The translations under genes and the position numbers were made by a program. DNA of 63,808 nt, filler included, from an uncultured Gemmatimonadota bacterium (GTDB lineage Bacteria > Blakebacterota > Blakebacteria > Blakebacterales > Blakebacteraceae), in NCBI GenBank assembly GCA_964576115.1. It is 3 parts of 3 records of this genome, joined end to end, with 100 filler letters (N's around TTAATTAATTAA, not from the genome) between each part and the next. Parts side by side here need not be neighbours in the genome. Positions count along the whole stretch, not along the records: positions 1 to 27,254 come from CAZNUA010000046.1; positions 27,355 to 54,302 come from CAZNUA010000047.1; 1 more part is not named here. One strand, 5' to 3'. Under the pieces are notes generated by a model. It was not told where the DNA came from. It made no database searches and saw only the letters and a list, made by a program, of their open reading frames with translations. Positions 26,743 through 36,090 of this stretch are shown here, one piece after another; the stretch's first letter is position 1, and each line of letters begins with the position of its first letter.

Positions 26743-27254
26743 CAGATTACAGAAGTAGTGGCGTAGACATTGAAGCTGGAGATGCTGTAAAGGCACGGAT
26801 TGCAGATCTGGTTAAAAGTACATACTCAGAGCAGGTGCTTACCAGGGGAGGTGAATTCGCCGGATTGGTCCAGTTGCCTGATTATCATGATGCTCTTGCA
26901 GTTAGTATTGATGGAGTTGGCACAAAATTGAAAGTAGCCGTTCTATCCAATATCCACAACACTGTCGGCCAGGATCTTGTGAATCATTGCGTTAATGATA
27001 TTGCGGTCATGGGTTGTGACCCCCTTTGCTTCGTGGATTACATGGCTCTGGGCAAACTTGATGAGCAGGTGGTTTTACAAATTATTGAAGGCCTGTGTGC
27101 CGGGTGTAAGGAAAACGGAATTGCATTGATAGGTGGTGAGACGGCGCAGATGCCAGATATGTATGCGGAGGGTGAGTATGATCTGGCAGGTGCAATTGTT
27201 GGATTGGTCAATCCGGAAAAGAGATTCCCGAAATCGAACATTGCGGCAGGAGAT
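26739..27254 (+). CDS. purM: Phosphoribosylformylglycinamidine cyclo-ligase, 3' truncated by contig end
   Basis: Y..SGVDI.AG, DGVGTKL, GQDLVNHCVNDI, DY.A.GKL, LIGGETA.MP.MY..GEYDLAG. TTG start overlaps the HD-GYP stop. Confidence 0.93.
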
Positions 27255-27354
27255 NNNNNNNNNNNNNNNNNNNNNNNNNNNNNNNNNNNNNNNNNNNNTT
27301 AATTAATTAANNNNNNNNNNNNNNNNNNNNNNNNNNNNNNNNNNNNNNNNNNNN
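27255..27354. other. Artificial contig linker
   Basis: N44-TTAATTAATTAA-N44; the 12-mer places stops in all six frames. Genes on both sides are truncated. Confidence 0.97.
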
Positions 27355-28240
27355 CGGTGAGTTTGGCGCACGAACCGAGACTGCGGGCCCGCTCGATCAG
27401 GCGCAGGTCCCCCTCGTCGACCGGCATGATCCGGCGGCGCAGATCGACATTGCGGTCCATCAGTTCACCGAAATGTCCGTGATCTCCGGCCAGCAGGGCT
27501 TCCCGGCCCTCCCGGGCCAGTCCGGCGATCGCCTCCAGGGTCTCGACGACGACCCGGTCGCCGGCCTCGAAACGGGTGCGCACCCCGTCGAGCAGACGGC
27601 CCGAGATTTTGCGGTAATCGGTCCGCCAGGCCAGCCACAGGGGGGGGAGCAGGGCGGGATCGAGGCTCTCGTAGCGGCCGTAGCCGTGCCGTTCGAGATG
27701 GTCGCGTTCGAAGTCCATGTACACACAGCCCTCCAGCACCTGGATGACCCGGTCCTGCAGACCGGCGCTGATCCCCAGCTCGACGGTTTCGGCTTCGAGC
27801 ACGAGCGTGGGCAGGATCTCGAGCGGTATCTCGACCTCGTAGAACCGCGTCAGGGCCCGCATGGCGGCGGTGATGATGGCGCTCGAACCGCCCAGACCGA
27901 CCTGCCGCGGGATGGTGGTGTCATAACTGATGGTAAAGGTGCGTTCGGGCAGGATTATCCCTTCGACCTCGCACCAGTCCGCAAAGCGCTTGGTGGCCGC
28001 CGCTATCAGGCGGACTCCGCCGTAGTACCCCTCGCTGGCGACCATGGTGCGCAGATGTTCGAGGCTGGCGAAAACATGCCGGTCGACCGGCTGGGGTTCG
28101 ATCACGAGTTCATCGGAAGGGGTGAGGGTGACCCGGGCCTCGAAATCGCGCAGGGTGACCGAGATCGTCCGGCCCCAGTACCCGTCCGACGGGTTCCCGA
28201 GCAGTCCCGCCCGGGCGTACGCCCGCGTTTCAATGGTCAT
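27355..28240 (-). CDS. GHMP kinase, glucuronokinase-like (3' truncated)
   Basis: ARAGLLGNPSD...GRTIS, EGYYGGVRL, SYDT.IPRQ.GL.GSSAI, ELGI.AGLQDRV.Q, MDF. Confidence 0.85.
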
Positions 28241-28340
28241 CGCTTCCCCGATTCCGTGCCGGTTTGGAGTCGAGATTCAGATGCGGTCTGTGTTCGGATA
28301 TGATACTAAACACAAGTGGGTACTCTGAAAGGAGATCCTC

Positions 28341-28847
28341 ATGAGGAAGAAGATCGCATTCGTCGCGGCTCTGGCAGTTCTTCTGTCGGCCTGTACCGGA
28401 TCCTTCACGCTCACGGGGAAGGTCTATCAGTTCAACCGTGATATAGATGATCAGTGGATGGAGGAAGTCGTCTTTCTCGGTCTCTGTATCATCCCGGTCT
28501 ATGAAATCGCACTCATCGCCGATGCCGTCATCTTCAACAGCGTGGAATTCTGGACCGGGGAGAACCTGATCGCCGATGCCGGCCAGGCCGCTCAATCGGT
28601 GTGGGTGAAGGTCGAGGATCAGGAGGCGACTATTATTCATCTCGAAGACGGTCGGGTTCGGGTCGAGACTCCGACCGGCGGTTTCATCCTCGCCCGTTCG
28701 GATGAAGGGGTGACCGCGGTCAGTCTCGATGGCACGGTCCGGCACCGGACGGTCAGGAACGCTGACGGTACGGTTTCGATCTATGATCAGGCGGGGACGC
28801 TGATCCGGACCTTCAGGCCGGGAGAGATCGTCCTGCCGCTCCGGTAA
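28341..28847 (+). CDS. DUF3332-like lipoprotein
   Basis: LSACTGSF.LT.K.Y.FN, E.VFL...IIPVY......DA.IFNSVEFWTGEN. SD AAGGAG. Confidence 0.8.
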   Translation: MRKKIAFVAALAVLLSACTGSFTLTGKVYQFNRDIDDQWMEEVVFLGLCIIPVYEIALIADAVIFNSVEFWTGENLIADAGQAAQSVWVKVEDQEATIIHLEDGRVRVETPTGGFILARSDEGVTAVSLDGTVRHRTVRNADGTVSIYDQAGTLIRTFRPGEIVLPLR

Positions 28848-28934
28848 CCGGCCCTTCCGGCTTCCGGACGGTCCAAGTCGTGAGTCTCATCGGTCGCATC
28901 ATCGCGACCGGGATGGCGTTCCTGCCGGGCATCC

Positions 28935-29588
28935 TCAGAAACGGGGGAGGGGATCGAGGGCAGCGGTGAGACGGGCCGGGAAAGTGTCTGCCTGATCCCG
29001 GCCGAACATCTCCGTCAGGGAGGTCATGAAAGCGGTGTGGGAGCGTCCGCGGCGGTATTCGGGTTCACGCGGCGGATGCTTGAGCCAGCGTTCGACCTTT
29101 CCGAGGTCGGGATCGACCAGAAGAGTGGTGGTGTAATAGAGCAGGCCCGGGGCACGCCAGATGCACGATCCGCCCAGTTTGCGACCCTCCAGGGCCAGAT
29201 CGCTCGAACCGGCGCGCTCGACGCCCGGTACCTCGATCCGTTCCAACCCCTCGATCAACCAGTCGGTGAGCCGGTCGTAGGCTTCCCGGATGCGGGTCAG
29301 ACCGGGCAGGGGCAGGACGACCGAGATGATGAGGTTGCCGGGATCGAGTATGACCGCGCAGCCGCCCCCCCGCCGGCGCTCGATCCGCACACCGTCGGCA
29401 GCCACGGCCTCGAGGTGCAGCTCTTCGGCGGGCCGGCTGCCGCGGCCGAGCACGACCGCGGTGTCGGAGTGTTCGATCAGACGTACCCGGGGACCTGAGT
29501 CGGCGCGTACCGCCGCGATCAGGTCCTCGTCGAGATCCCAGGCGCCGATATGCAATTCGTCCGGGTCCAGAGTCGAGTCCCTCTCCAT
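28935..29588 (-). CDS. Lipoate-protein ligase family protein (catalytic domain only)
   Basis: VVLGR, RRRGGG.AVILD.GNL, DLA..GRK.GG. Located at the end of the 2-oxoacid dehydrogenase operon. Confidence 0.85.
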   Translation of the reverse strand: MERDSTLDPDELHIGAWDLDEDLIAAVRADSGPRVRLIEHSDTAVVLGRGSRPAEELHLEAVAADGVRIERRRGGGCAVILDPGNLIISVVLPLPGLTRIREAYDRLTDWLIEGLERIEVPGVERAGSSDLALEGRKLGGSCIWRAPGLLYYTTTLLVDPDLGKVERWLKHPPREPEYRRGRSHTAFMTSLTEMFGRDQADTFPARLTAALDPLPRF

Positions 29589-29619
29589 CGGTTCAGCGGG
29601 AGCGGAAAGGGGTCGCCGA

Positions 29620-31032
29620 TCAGGTCTTTGTCGCCGGCGGGATGTGGATCGGCTGACCGGCCGTGACCTCGGCGGCCTCCATGACCGCTTCAGACAGGGT
29701 CGGGTGGGGGTGGATGGTGACCATCAGATCCTCCAGGGTGGCTCCCATCTCGATCGCCAGGGTGCCCTCGGCGATCAGTTCCGAGGCGTGCGGTCCCACC
29801 ATGCCGACCCCCAGCACGAGCCCGCTCCCCGGCTCGGCCACGATCTTCACCAGTCCCTCGGTCCGGCCCATGGTCCGGGCCCGGCCCAGGGCGCGCAGGG
29901 GGAAGCGGCCGATCGCGACCTCGATCCCCCGCTCTTCGGCTTCCCGTTCGGTCAGGCCGCTCCAGGCGATCTCGGGATCGGTGAAGACCACCGCCGGGAT
30001 GGCCCGGTTGTCGAAGGCCGAGGCATGACCGGCGATCACTTCGGCGGCCACTTTGCCCTCCCGGCTGGCCTTGTGGGCCAGCATTGGACCGGGAGCCACA
30101 TCGCCGATGGCCCAGATGTTCTCTTCGGCCGTCCGCAGTTCTTCTGAAACCGGGATCCGCCCTCCGGCATCGACCTCGATGGCGGTGTTTTCCAGCCCCA
30201 GGTCGTCGGTGTTGGGCCGGCGGCCGATGGCGACCAGAACCCGGTCGAAGGTCTGCGTGCGGGTCTCGCCCTCCCGTTCGATCTCGACTCTGAACTCGCC
30301 GTCGCCGTACTCCACCCCGGTCACCTTCGAGTCGGTCAGGATGGCCTCGAAGCGGTCGGTGACCCGCTTGACCATGACCTCGACCAGATCGAAATCGGCC
30401 CCGGAGAGCAGGCGGGGGTTGAAATCCACCATCGTCACCGCCGAGCCGAGACCGGCGTACACGAGCCCCATCTCCAGCCCGATGTAGCCCCCGCCGACCA
30501 CGAGCAGCGAGCCGGGGATCTCGGGCAGCAGCAGGGCCTCGGCCGAACTCCAGACCGGCTTCTCATACGCCGGGGGCAGTTCGTTGATGCGCGACCCCGT
30601 GGCGATGATGGCCCGTGAGAACTCCACCGTGCCCGCCCCCTCGATCGCCAGGGTGCGGTTGTCGGCGAACCGGGCCCGGCCGTGGATGACCTCGATGCCG
30701 CGCTTCTTGACGAGCGAGTTGACCCCGCCGGTCAGCGTTGTGACCACCTTTTGCGACCAGGCCAACAGTTTCTCCCGGTCCACCTCGATCGAACCGAAGG
30801 ACAGGCCCATGGCGCCGGCCTCTCGGGCCGAGGTGATCAGCTCCACGGCGTTGATGAGGGTTTTCGACGGAATGCACCCTTCGGTCAGGCAGACCCCGCC
30901 CAGTTCCTCCCGCTCCTCGATGAGGGTGACTTCCAGGCCCAGGTCGGCGGCGCGCAGGGCGGCCACATAGCCGCCGGGACCGCCGCCGATGATGGCCAGT
31001 TCGGTTTCCTGGTTCAGCTGTCCCATGACCAT
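29620..31032 (-). CDS. lpdA: Dihydrolipoyl dehydrogenase (E3)
   Basis: GGGPGGYVAA, GGVCLTEGCIPSK, MLAHKA, HPHPTLSE. Confidence 0.96.
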   Translation of the reverse strand: MVMGQLNQETELAIIGGGPGGYVAALRAADLGLEVTLIEEREELGGVCLTEGCIPSKTLINAVELITSAREAGAMGLSFGSIEVDREKLLAWSQKVVTTLTGGVNSLVKKRGIEVIHGRARFADNRTLAIEGAGTVEFSRAIIATGSRINELPPAYEKPVWSSAEALLLPEIPGSLLVVGGGYIGLEMGLVYAGLGSAVTMVDFNPRLLSGADFDLVEVMVKRVTDRFEAILTDSKVTGVEYGDGEFRVEIEREGETRTQTFDRVLVAIGRRPNTDDLGLENTAIEVDAGGRIPVSEELRTAEENIWAIGDVAPGPMLAHKASREGKVAAEVIAGHASAFDNRAIPAVVFTDPEIAWSGLTEREAEERGIEVAIGRFPLRALGRARTMGRTEGLVKIVAEPGSGLVLGVGMVGPHASELIAEGTLAIEMGATLEDLMVTIHPHPTLSEAVMEAAEVTAGQPIHIPPATKT

Positions 31033-31035
31033 GGT

Positions 31036-32391
31036 TCAGGCCTCCAGAAGGAGCAGGCTCGGATCGGAGAGATGACGGATCATCTCGGTCACGAAGCGGG
31101 CCGCATCGGCGCCGTCGGCCACGCGGTGATCGAAAGCCAGGGTGAGGGGCAGGATTGTGCGGATCACGATCTCGCCGTCGCGTACAACCGGTTTCTCCTG
31201 TGCCCGGCCCATGCCCAGGATCGCCACCTCGGGGTAGTTGATGGTGGGGATCAAGGCCGTGCCCCCCAGCGGCCCGACGTTGGTGATGGTGAACGTGCCG
31301 CCGCGCAGATCCTCGATGGTCAGTTCGTTGGCCCGGGCCCGGTCGGCGACGTCGTTCAGGTCGGCGGTGATCTGCGAGATGCTCTTGCAGTCCACCTTGC
31401 GGACCACCGGCACGATCAGGCCGCGCCCGGTGTCCACGGCGATGCCGATGTTGTAGTACTTCTTGTAGACGATTTTCTCCCGGAAGGGATCGAGACTGGC
31501 ATTGAAAGAGGGGGTCGCCTTCAAGCCCGCCGCCACGGCCTTCATGACAAAAGGGAGCAGGGTCAGTTTGGGCTCGTCGGGGCCGCGGCGGGCCTTTTCG
31601 CGCGCGCGGAATTCCTCGAGCAGGGTCACGTCGGCCTCGTCCATGTGGGCCACGTGCGGCACCAGGATCATCGAGGTGACCATCTTGTGGGCCACCTTGC
31701 GGCGGATCGAGCGCAGATCCTCTTCCTCGATCTCGCCCCACTGACCGAAGTCGGGCAGGGGTTCGATGTCGAGGAAGGGGATGGCGCTGGCGGCCGTGGC
31801 CGCCATTTCGATCTCGGCCCGCTGCTCGCCCGATTCGGGGATCTCGAAGGCTCCCGCCGCCGGCACCAGGCCCTCGGCGAAAGCGCGCACATCCTCCGGG
31901 GTGACCCGGCCCCCCGGGCCGGTCCCCTGCACGGCGTTGATGTCCACCTCCAGCTCCCGGGCCAGTCGGCGGGTGGCCGGGGCGGCGGGCACCGGACCGG
32001 CAACGGGGACGACGGCGGGGGTATCTACCGCCGGTTCGGGTACGGGCGTTTCCTTTTCGGGGACCGGTGCGGCGGCTTCGGCTATTTCTGCTTCGACCTC
32101 CGGTCCGGCTTCGGCTGCGGCTTCGGGCTCGGCCGCAGCGGCGGGGGCCCCGGCTCCGTCGCCGATCACCGCCACCACGTCGCCCACATTGATGATGTCC
32201 CCTACCGCCCCGGCCAGACGCACGACCGTGCCGGCGGCGGGCGACGGGATCGTCACCGCCGCCTTGTCGGTCTCGACCTCGACCAGGGGGGCATCCTCGG
32301 CGATCGCCTCACCTTCGGTGACATGCCATTTCAGGATCTCCCCCTCGCGGATCCCTTCGCCGAGATCGGGCAGTTTGAACTCGTACACCAT
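31036..32391 (-). CDS. pdhC: Dihydrolipoamide acyltransferase (E2)
   Basis: Lipoyl domain ETDKA, E3-binding PATRRLARE...GTGPGGRV, catalytic FDHRVADGA. Confidence 0.92.
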   Translation of the reverse strand: MVYEFKLPDLGEGIREGEILKWHVTEGEAIAEDAPLVEVETDKAAVTIPSPAAGTVVRLAGAVGDIINVGDVVAVIGDGAGAPAAAAEPEAAAEAGPEVEAEIAEAAAPVPEKETPVPEPAVDTPAVVPVAGPVPAAPATRRLARELEVDINAVQGTGPGGRVTPEDVRAFAEGLVPAAGAFEIPESGEQRAEIEMAATAASAIPFLDIEPLPDFGQWGEIEEEDLRSIRRKVAHKMVTSMILVPHVAHMDEADVTLLEEFRAREKARRGPDEPKLTLLPFVMKAVAAGLKATPSFNASLDPFREKIVYKKYYNIGIAVDTGRGLIVPVVRKVDCKSISQITADLNDVADRARANELTIEDLRGGTFTITNVGPLGGTALIPTINYPEVAILGMGRAQEKPVVRDGEIVIRTILPLTLAFDHRVADGADAARFVTEMIRHLSDPSLLLLEA

Positions 32392-32436
32392 GGCCTCCTG
32401 CTCGTTCGGGCGGTCCGGAGCCGGGCTCCGAGCGCC

Positions 32437-33417
32437 TCAGAAATCGAGGGTTGTCTCCAGCCCGCGCCGGATGCGGCCGGTCTCGGGCAGGTAGGAGAGT
32501 TCTCGTCCGAAGTACGGGGTCACGACATCGTATCCGGTGATACGCTCGACCGGCGCTTCGAGCCAGAGCAGAGCGTGATCGTTGACCCGGGCGGTGATCT
32601 CCGAGGAAATCCCGAGGGTGCGCGGGGCTTCCTGAACCACCACCAGCCGGCCGGTCTTCTTCACGCTCTCGAGGATCGCATCGCTGTCCATCGGGGCGAT
32701 GGTGAGCAGGTCGATGACCTCTATCGATACCCCCCGCTCGGCGGCCACCGCTTCGGCCGCATCGAGGGTCGGTTTGCGCATCGCGCCCCATGTTACCACA
32801 CTCAGGTCGTTTCCTGCCTGCACGATCTCGGCCCGGCCGATGTCGGCTGCCTCTTCGGCTTCGGGGACCTCTTCCTTCCAGGCCCGGTAGGAGTGTTTGG
32901 GTTCCATGAAGACGACCGGATCGGGATCGCGGATGGCCGCGACGATCAGGGCCCGGGCGTTGCGTGGGGTCGAAGGGATCAGGACCTTGACCCCGGGCAG
33001 GTGGGCCCAGGTTGCCTCGCGGCTTTCGGAGTGGTGCTCCAGCGCCCGCACCCCGCCCCCGTAGGGCATCCGGACCACCAGTGGCACCTCGACCTGGCCG
33101 AGGGTGCGCTGGCGCAGCCGGCTGGCGTGACCTTCAAGCTGGGCGAACATGAGGTAGCTGAAGCCCGAAAACTGCATCTCGGCTACCGGGCGCAGGCCAG
33201 CCATGGCCATGCCGATGGCGGTGCCCAGGATCCCCGACTCGGCCAGCGGTGTGTCGAGCACCCTCTCGGCGTCGAAGCGGTCATAGAGGCCGTCGGTGAC
33301 CCGGAAGACCCCCCCGTCCACGCCGACGTCCTCCCCCAGGATGACGACGCTGTCGTCCCGGGCCATTTCCTGCTCCAGCCCCAGATTGATTGCCTGGACC
33401 ATGTTCAGCTTAGGCAT
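32437..33417 (-). CDS. pdhB: 2-oxoacid (pyruvate-type) dehydrogenase E1 beta
   Basis: GEDVG..GGVFR.T.GL, DTPLAESGI, EMQFSGF, EHHSES. Confidence 0.92.
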   Translation of the reverse strand: MPKLNMVQAINLGLEQEMARDDSVVILGEDVGVDGGVFRVTDGLYDRFDAERVLDTPLAESGILGTAIGMAMAGLRPVAEMQFSGFSYLMFAQLEGHASRLRQRTLGQVEVPLVVRMPYGGGVRALEHHSESREATWAHLPGVKVLIPSTPRNARALIVAAIRDPDPVVFMEPKHSYRAWKEEVPEAEEAADIGRAEIVQAGNDLSVVTWGAMRKPTLDAAEAVAAERGVSIEVIDLLTIAPMDSDAILESVKKTGRLVVVQEAPRTLGISSEITARVNDHALLWLEAPVERITGYDVVTPYFGRELSYLPETGRIRRGLETTLDF

Positions 33418-34504
33418 CGTCGGTCTCCTCGCTCAGGTGGGCCGCAAACTCCCGGCGCTGGCGCTCGATCTCGGGGTGAGAGGTGCCGTAGACATGGTCG
33501 AAAAGGCGCTTGGGGTCGAAATCGGTCCGGGCTTCGAACTCGGTCACCACGGCGTCGATCTCGGCCTTGAGCTCGGCCTCGAGGGCGGTCTGCTTCTCCT
33601 CATTCCACAATCCCTTGCCCTCCAGGTAGCGGCGGAAGCGGGGCAGGGGTTCGTTGGCCCAGGCGGCCTCTTCCTCCGCCTCGGAGCGGTACTTCTTCGG
33701 ATCGTCGGCCGTGGTGTGCATCAGCAGGCGGTAGGTGACGGCTTCTATCAGGGTCGGGCCCTCGCCCGCTTTGGCGCGCTCCAGGGCCTGGCGGGCGGCC
33801 ACGTAGGTGGCCAGCACGTCGTTGCCGTCGACCTGGATGCCGTGGATGCCGGCCGCGATCGCCTTCTGGGCGATGGTGGCCGCCGCAGTCTGCTTCGAGC
33901 GGGGAACCGATATGGCCCACTGGTTGTTCTGGGCCACGAAGACGACCGGGGCCTGCCACACCCCGGCGAAATTCATGGCTTCGTAGACATCGCCCTGCGA
34001 GGAACCGCCGTCCCCGAAGAAGGTCACGACGGCCGTGTCCTTCTCGCCCCGGTACTTCATGGCCCAGGCGATCCCGGCTGCGTGCAGGGCCTGCGAGCCC
34101 ACGATGATCGAGATCGGGGTGATCCTGTCCACCCCCTCGGGCAGGACATTGCCCTCCTCGTAGCCGTTGTGGAAGAGCAGGGCGTTCACCGCCGGTTCGC
34201 CCCGTACCAGACGCGCTCCCAGTTCGCGGAAGGCCGTGACCAGCCAGTCACTCTCGCCCATGGCGAAAGCCGGGCCCACGACCGCGGCCTCCTGCCCCGT
34301 ACAGGGACCGAAGGTCCCGATCCGGCCCTGGCGCTGCAGGTTCAGCATGCGGGCGTCGAGCTGGCGGGCCCGCATCATGGCCCGGTACATCTCGATCAGG
34401 GTCTCGTCATCCAGATCGGGTTCCAGGTCGGGATCGGCCCGGCCCTCGGCATCCAGAATCTGCAGGTGTTGGACCGTGAAGCTCTCGAGTTCGGTCAGTG
34501 GCAT
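33410..34504 (-). CDS. pdhA: 2-oxoacid (pyruvate-type) dehydrogenase E1 alpha
   Basis: LQRQGRIG, GQEA, TPP motif GDGGSSQGD...NNQWAIS, HTTADDP..YR. Pyruvate versus branched-chain specificity cannot be resolved by eye. Confidence 0.9.
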   Translation of the reverse strand: MPLTELESFTVQHLQILDAEGRADPDLEPDLDDETLIEMYRAMMRARQLDARMLNLQRQGRIGTFGPCTGQEAAVVGPAFAMGESDWLVTAFRELGARLVRGEPAVNALLFHNGYEEGNVLPEGVDRITPISIIVGSQALHAAGIAWAMKYRGEKDTAVVTFFGDGGSSQGDVYEAMNFAGVWQAPVVFVAQNNQWAISVPRSKQTAAATIAQKAIAAGIHGIQVDGNDVLATYVAARQALERAKAGEGPTLIEAVTYRLLMHTTADDPKKYRSEAEEEAAWANEPLPRFRRYLEGKGLWNEEKQTALEAELKAEIDAVVTEFEARTDFDPKRLFDHVYGTSHPEIERQRREFAAHLSEETDDA

Positions 34505-34549
34505 TGTTCTCTCCTCGTCGGCGCGGTAGGCGTCGGCGTTTCAACAGGG

Positions 34550-34984
34550 CTAACAGGCACCCTCTTCGAGTTCCTCGATCTGATGAGCGACGTCGGCGAT
34601 CGTCGTCCCGGCCAGAACCTCTTCCATGGCCTGCCGGGCCCGCCCGAAGACATCGAGCAGAACGTCCTGAATGTGCCGGCCGCACATGCACTCGTCGCTG
34701 GGCGGCTGGTTGTGCAGGGGAAACAAACCCCCGTTCTCCATCAGGTGGTAGACCTCGAGCAGGGAGATCTCCCGCGCTGGCCGGGCCAGGATCGAACCGC
34801 CTCCGGCGCCGGGGTGGGTCTCCACCAGCCCCGCCTTGCCCAGTATGCCCAGGATCCGGCGAATCACGACTGGGTTGGTGTTCACGCTCCGGGCGATCGT
34901 CTCCGACGTTTTCGGCACGCTGTCCCCCAAAGCGAGCATGCCCAGGACATGGACCGCGACGGTGAATCGGCTTGAATGACTCAT
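34550..34984 (-). CDS. Rrf2 family transcriptional regulator (YwnA/HypR/SifR-like)
   Basis: SRF.VAVH.L, S..IA.SVNTNPVVIRR, G..GG..LAR, C99-x-C101-G..I. Confidence 0.92.
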   Translation of the reverse strand: MSHSSRFTVAVHVLGMLALGDSVPKTSETIARSVNTNPVVIRRILGILGKAGLVETHPGAGGGSILARPAREISLLEVYHLMENGGLFPLHNQPPSDECMCGRHIQDVLLDVFGRARQAMEEVLAGTTIADVAHQIEELEEGAC

Positions 34985-34997
34985 TAATTAGCCCTCC

Positions 34998-35024
34998 TAA
35001 TTGTCACTAATATAGTTACAGTTG
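34998..35024. promoter_or_regulatory. Rrf2 operator-like inverted repeat upstream of rrf2-pdh
   Basis: TAATTGTCACTA-ATA-TAGTTACAGTTG, abutting the rrf2 SD. Confidence 0.75.
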
Positions 35025-35252
35025 CGGTCGTTGTCCAGTCCGACCGCAGAGAAAGTGCGATCGCCAGCTCGAATCTTTTCTTCCGACACCGAGCAATGCG
35101 TCCTGCCGCTCGAAGACGGCCCGCAGATATGAGTCCCGGGCGGGCCGGCCGGATCAATCCGAAGCAGGTCCAGAAGGCGGAGTGAATACGTCCCGTATCG
35201 GTTCGGGAGTTGAATGAGGCGGACCTGATCATTCGGCCTCCTCATATTCTGC

Positions 35253-35284
35253 TTGCCCGAAGATTTGTAACAGAACATATTACA
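35253..35284 (+). promoter_or_regulatory. sod promoter overlapped by a second Rrf2 operator-like site
   Basis: TTGCCC-17 bp-CATATT, with TGTAAC-AGAACAT-ATTACA at 35266-35284. Confidence 0.65.
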
Positions 35285-35319
35285 GATAACCCGGCATGTG
35301 AAAGCGTATGCACGACAGT

Positions 35320-35366
35320 TGAGAGCAGGTGCACCGACCGGCACGTGAGAGCGGGTGCACCGACCG
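35320..35366. repeat. 21-bp direct repeat pair in the sod leader
   Basis: TGAGAGCAGGTGCACCGACCG (35320) and TGAGAGCGGGTGCACCGACCG (35346). Confidence 0.7.
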
Positions 35367-35395
35367 ATGGTACCCCGACCGAAAGGGATACGACG

Positions 35396-36007
35396 ATGGC
35401 CCACGAACTTCCGGCTCTGCCCTACGAGTACGACGCTCTGGAACCCCATATCGACGCCCGCACGATGGAGATCCACCACACGAAACACCACGGCGGGTAC
35501 GTGACCAAGCTCAACGCCGCCCTGGAAGGGCACGCTGATCTCGAAGCGAAGGATCTGGCCGGCCTGCTGGCCGATCTGGACGCTGTTCCCGAGACGATCC
35601 GCACCGCCGTGCGCAACAATGGCGGCGGCCACGCCAACCACTCTCTGTTCTGGACGATCATGGATCCCGACGGGGGCGGTGAGCCGGCTGGGGAGCTGGC
35701 CCAAGCCATTACCGCCACCTTCGGTTCCTTCGCGGCTTTCACCGAGGAGTTCTCAGGCGCCGCCGCCACCCGTTTCGGCAGCGGTTGGGCCTGGCTGGTG
35801 GTGGATGCGGAGGGGGCCCTGAAGGTCTACTCGACCCCCAACCAGGACTCGCCCCTCATGCAGGGCGACACCCCGATTCTGGGACTCGATGTCTGGGAGC
35901 ACGCCTACTACCTGCACTATCAGAACCGCCGCCCCGAGTACATCGAGGCCTTCTGGAACGTGGTCGACTGGAACCGGGTGGCGGCCAACTACGACGCCGC
36001 CAGGTAG
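35396..36007 (+). CDS. sodA: Superoxide dismutase, Mn-type signatures
   Basis: [46 protein letters not shown]. Confidence 0.93.
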   Translation: MAHELPALPYEYDALEPHIDARTMEIHHTKHHGGYVTKLNAALEGHADLEAKDLAGLLADLDAVPETIRTAVRNNGGGHANHSLFWTIMDPDGGGEPAGELAQAITATFGSFAAFTEEFSGAAATRFGSGWAWLVVDAEGALKVYSTPNQDSPLMQGDTPILGLDVWEHAYYLHYQNRRPEYIEAFWNVVDWNRVAANYDAAR

Positions 36008-36090
36008 ACCGGACGACACCAGGTCACTGATCGAACGACAGTGTATTCCTGCGGCGGATTTCGGGCGGGAGAGCTGCCGGCGCCGGCGGC

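Noticed and set aside
27299-27310. TTAATTAATTAA palindrome (also at 54347-54358)
   Set aside because: Centred in N runs with identical geometry: a synthetic all-frame-stop linker, not biology. Gene adjacency across it (for example purM with the GHMP kinase) should not be interpreted.
30682-33570. 962-aa plus-strand ORF and other long antisense ORFs (e.g. 1814-3643, 45004-46482)
   Set aside because: Shadow frames opposite well-supported genes, expected in high-GC DNA, with no recognisable motifs.
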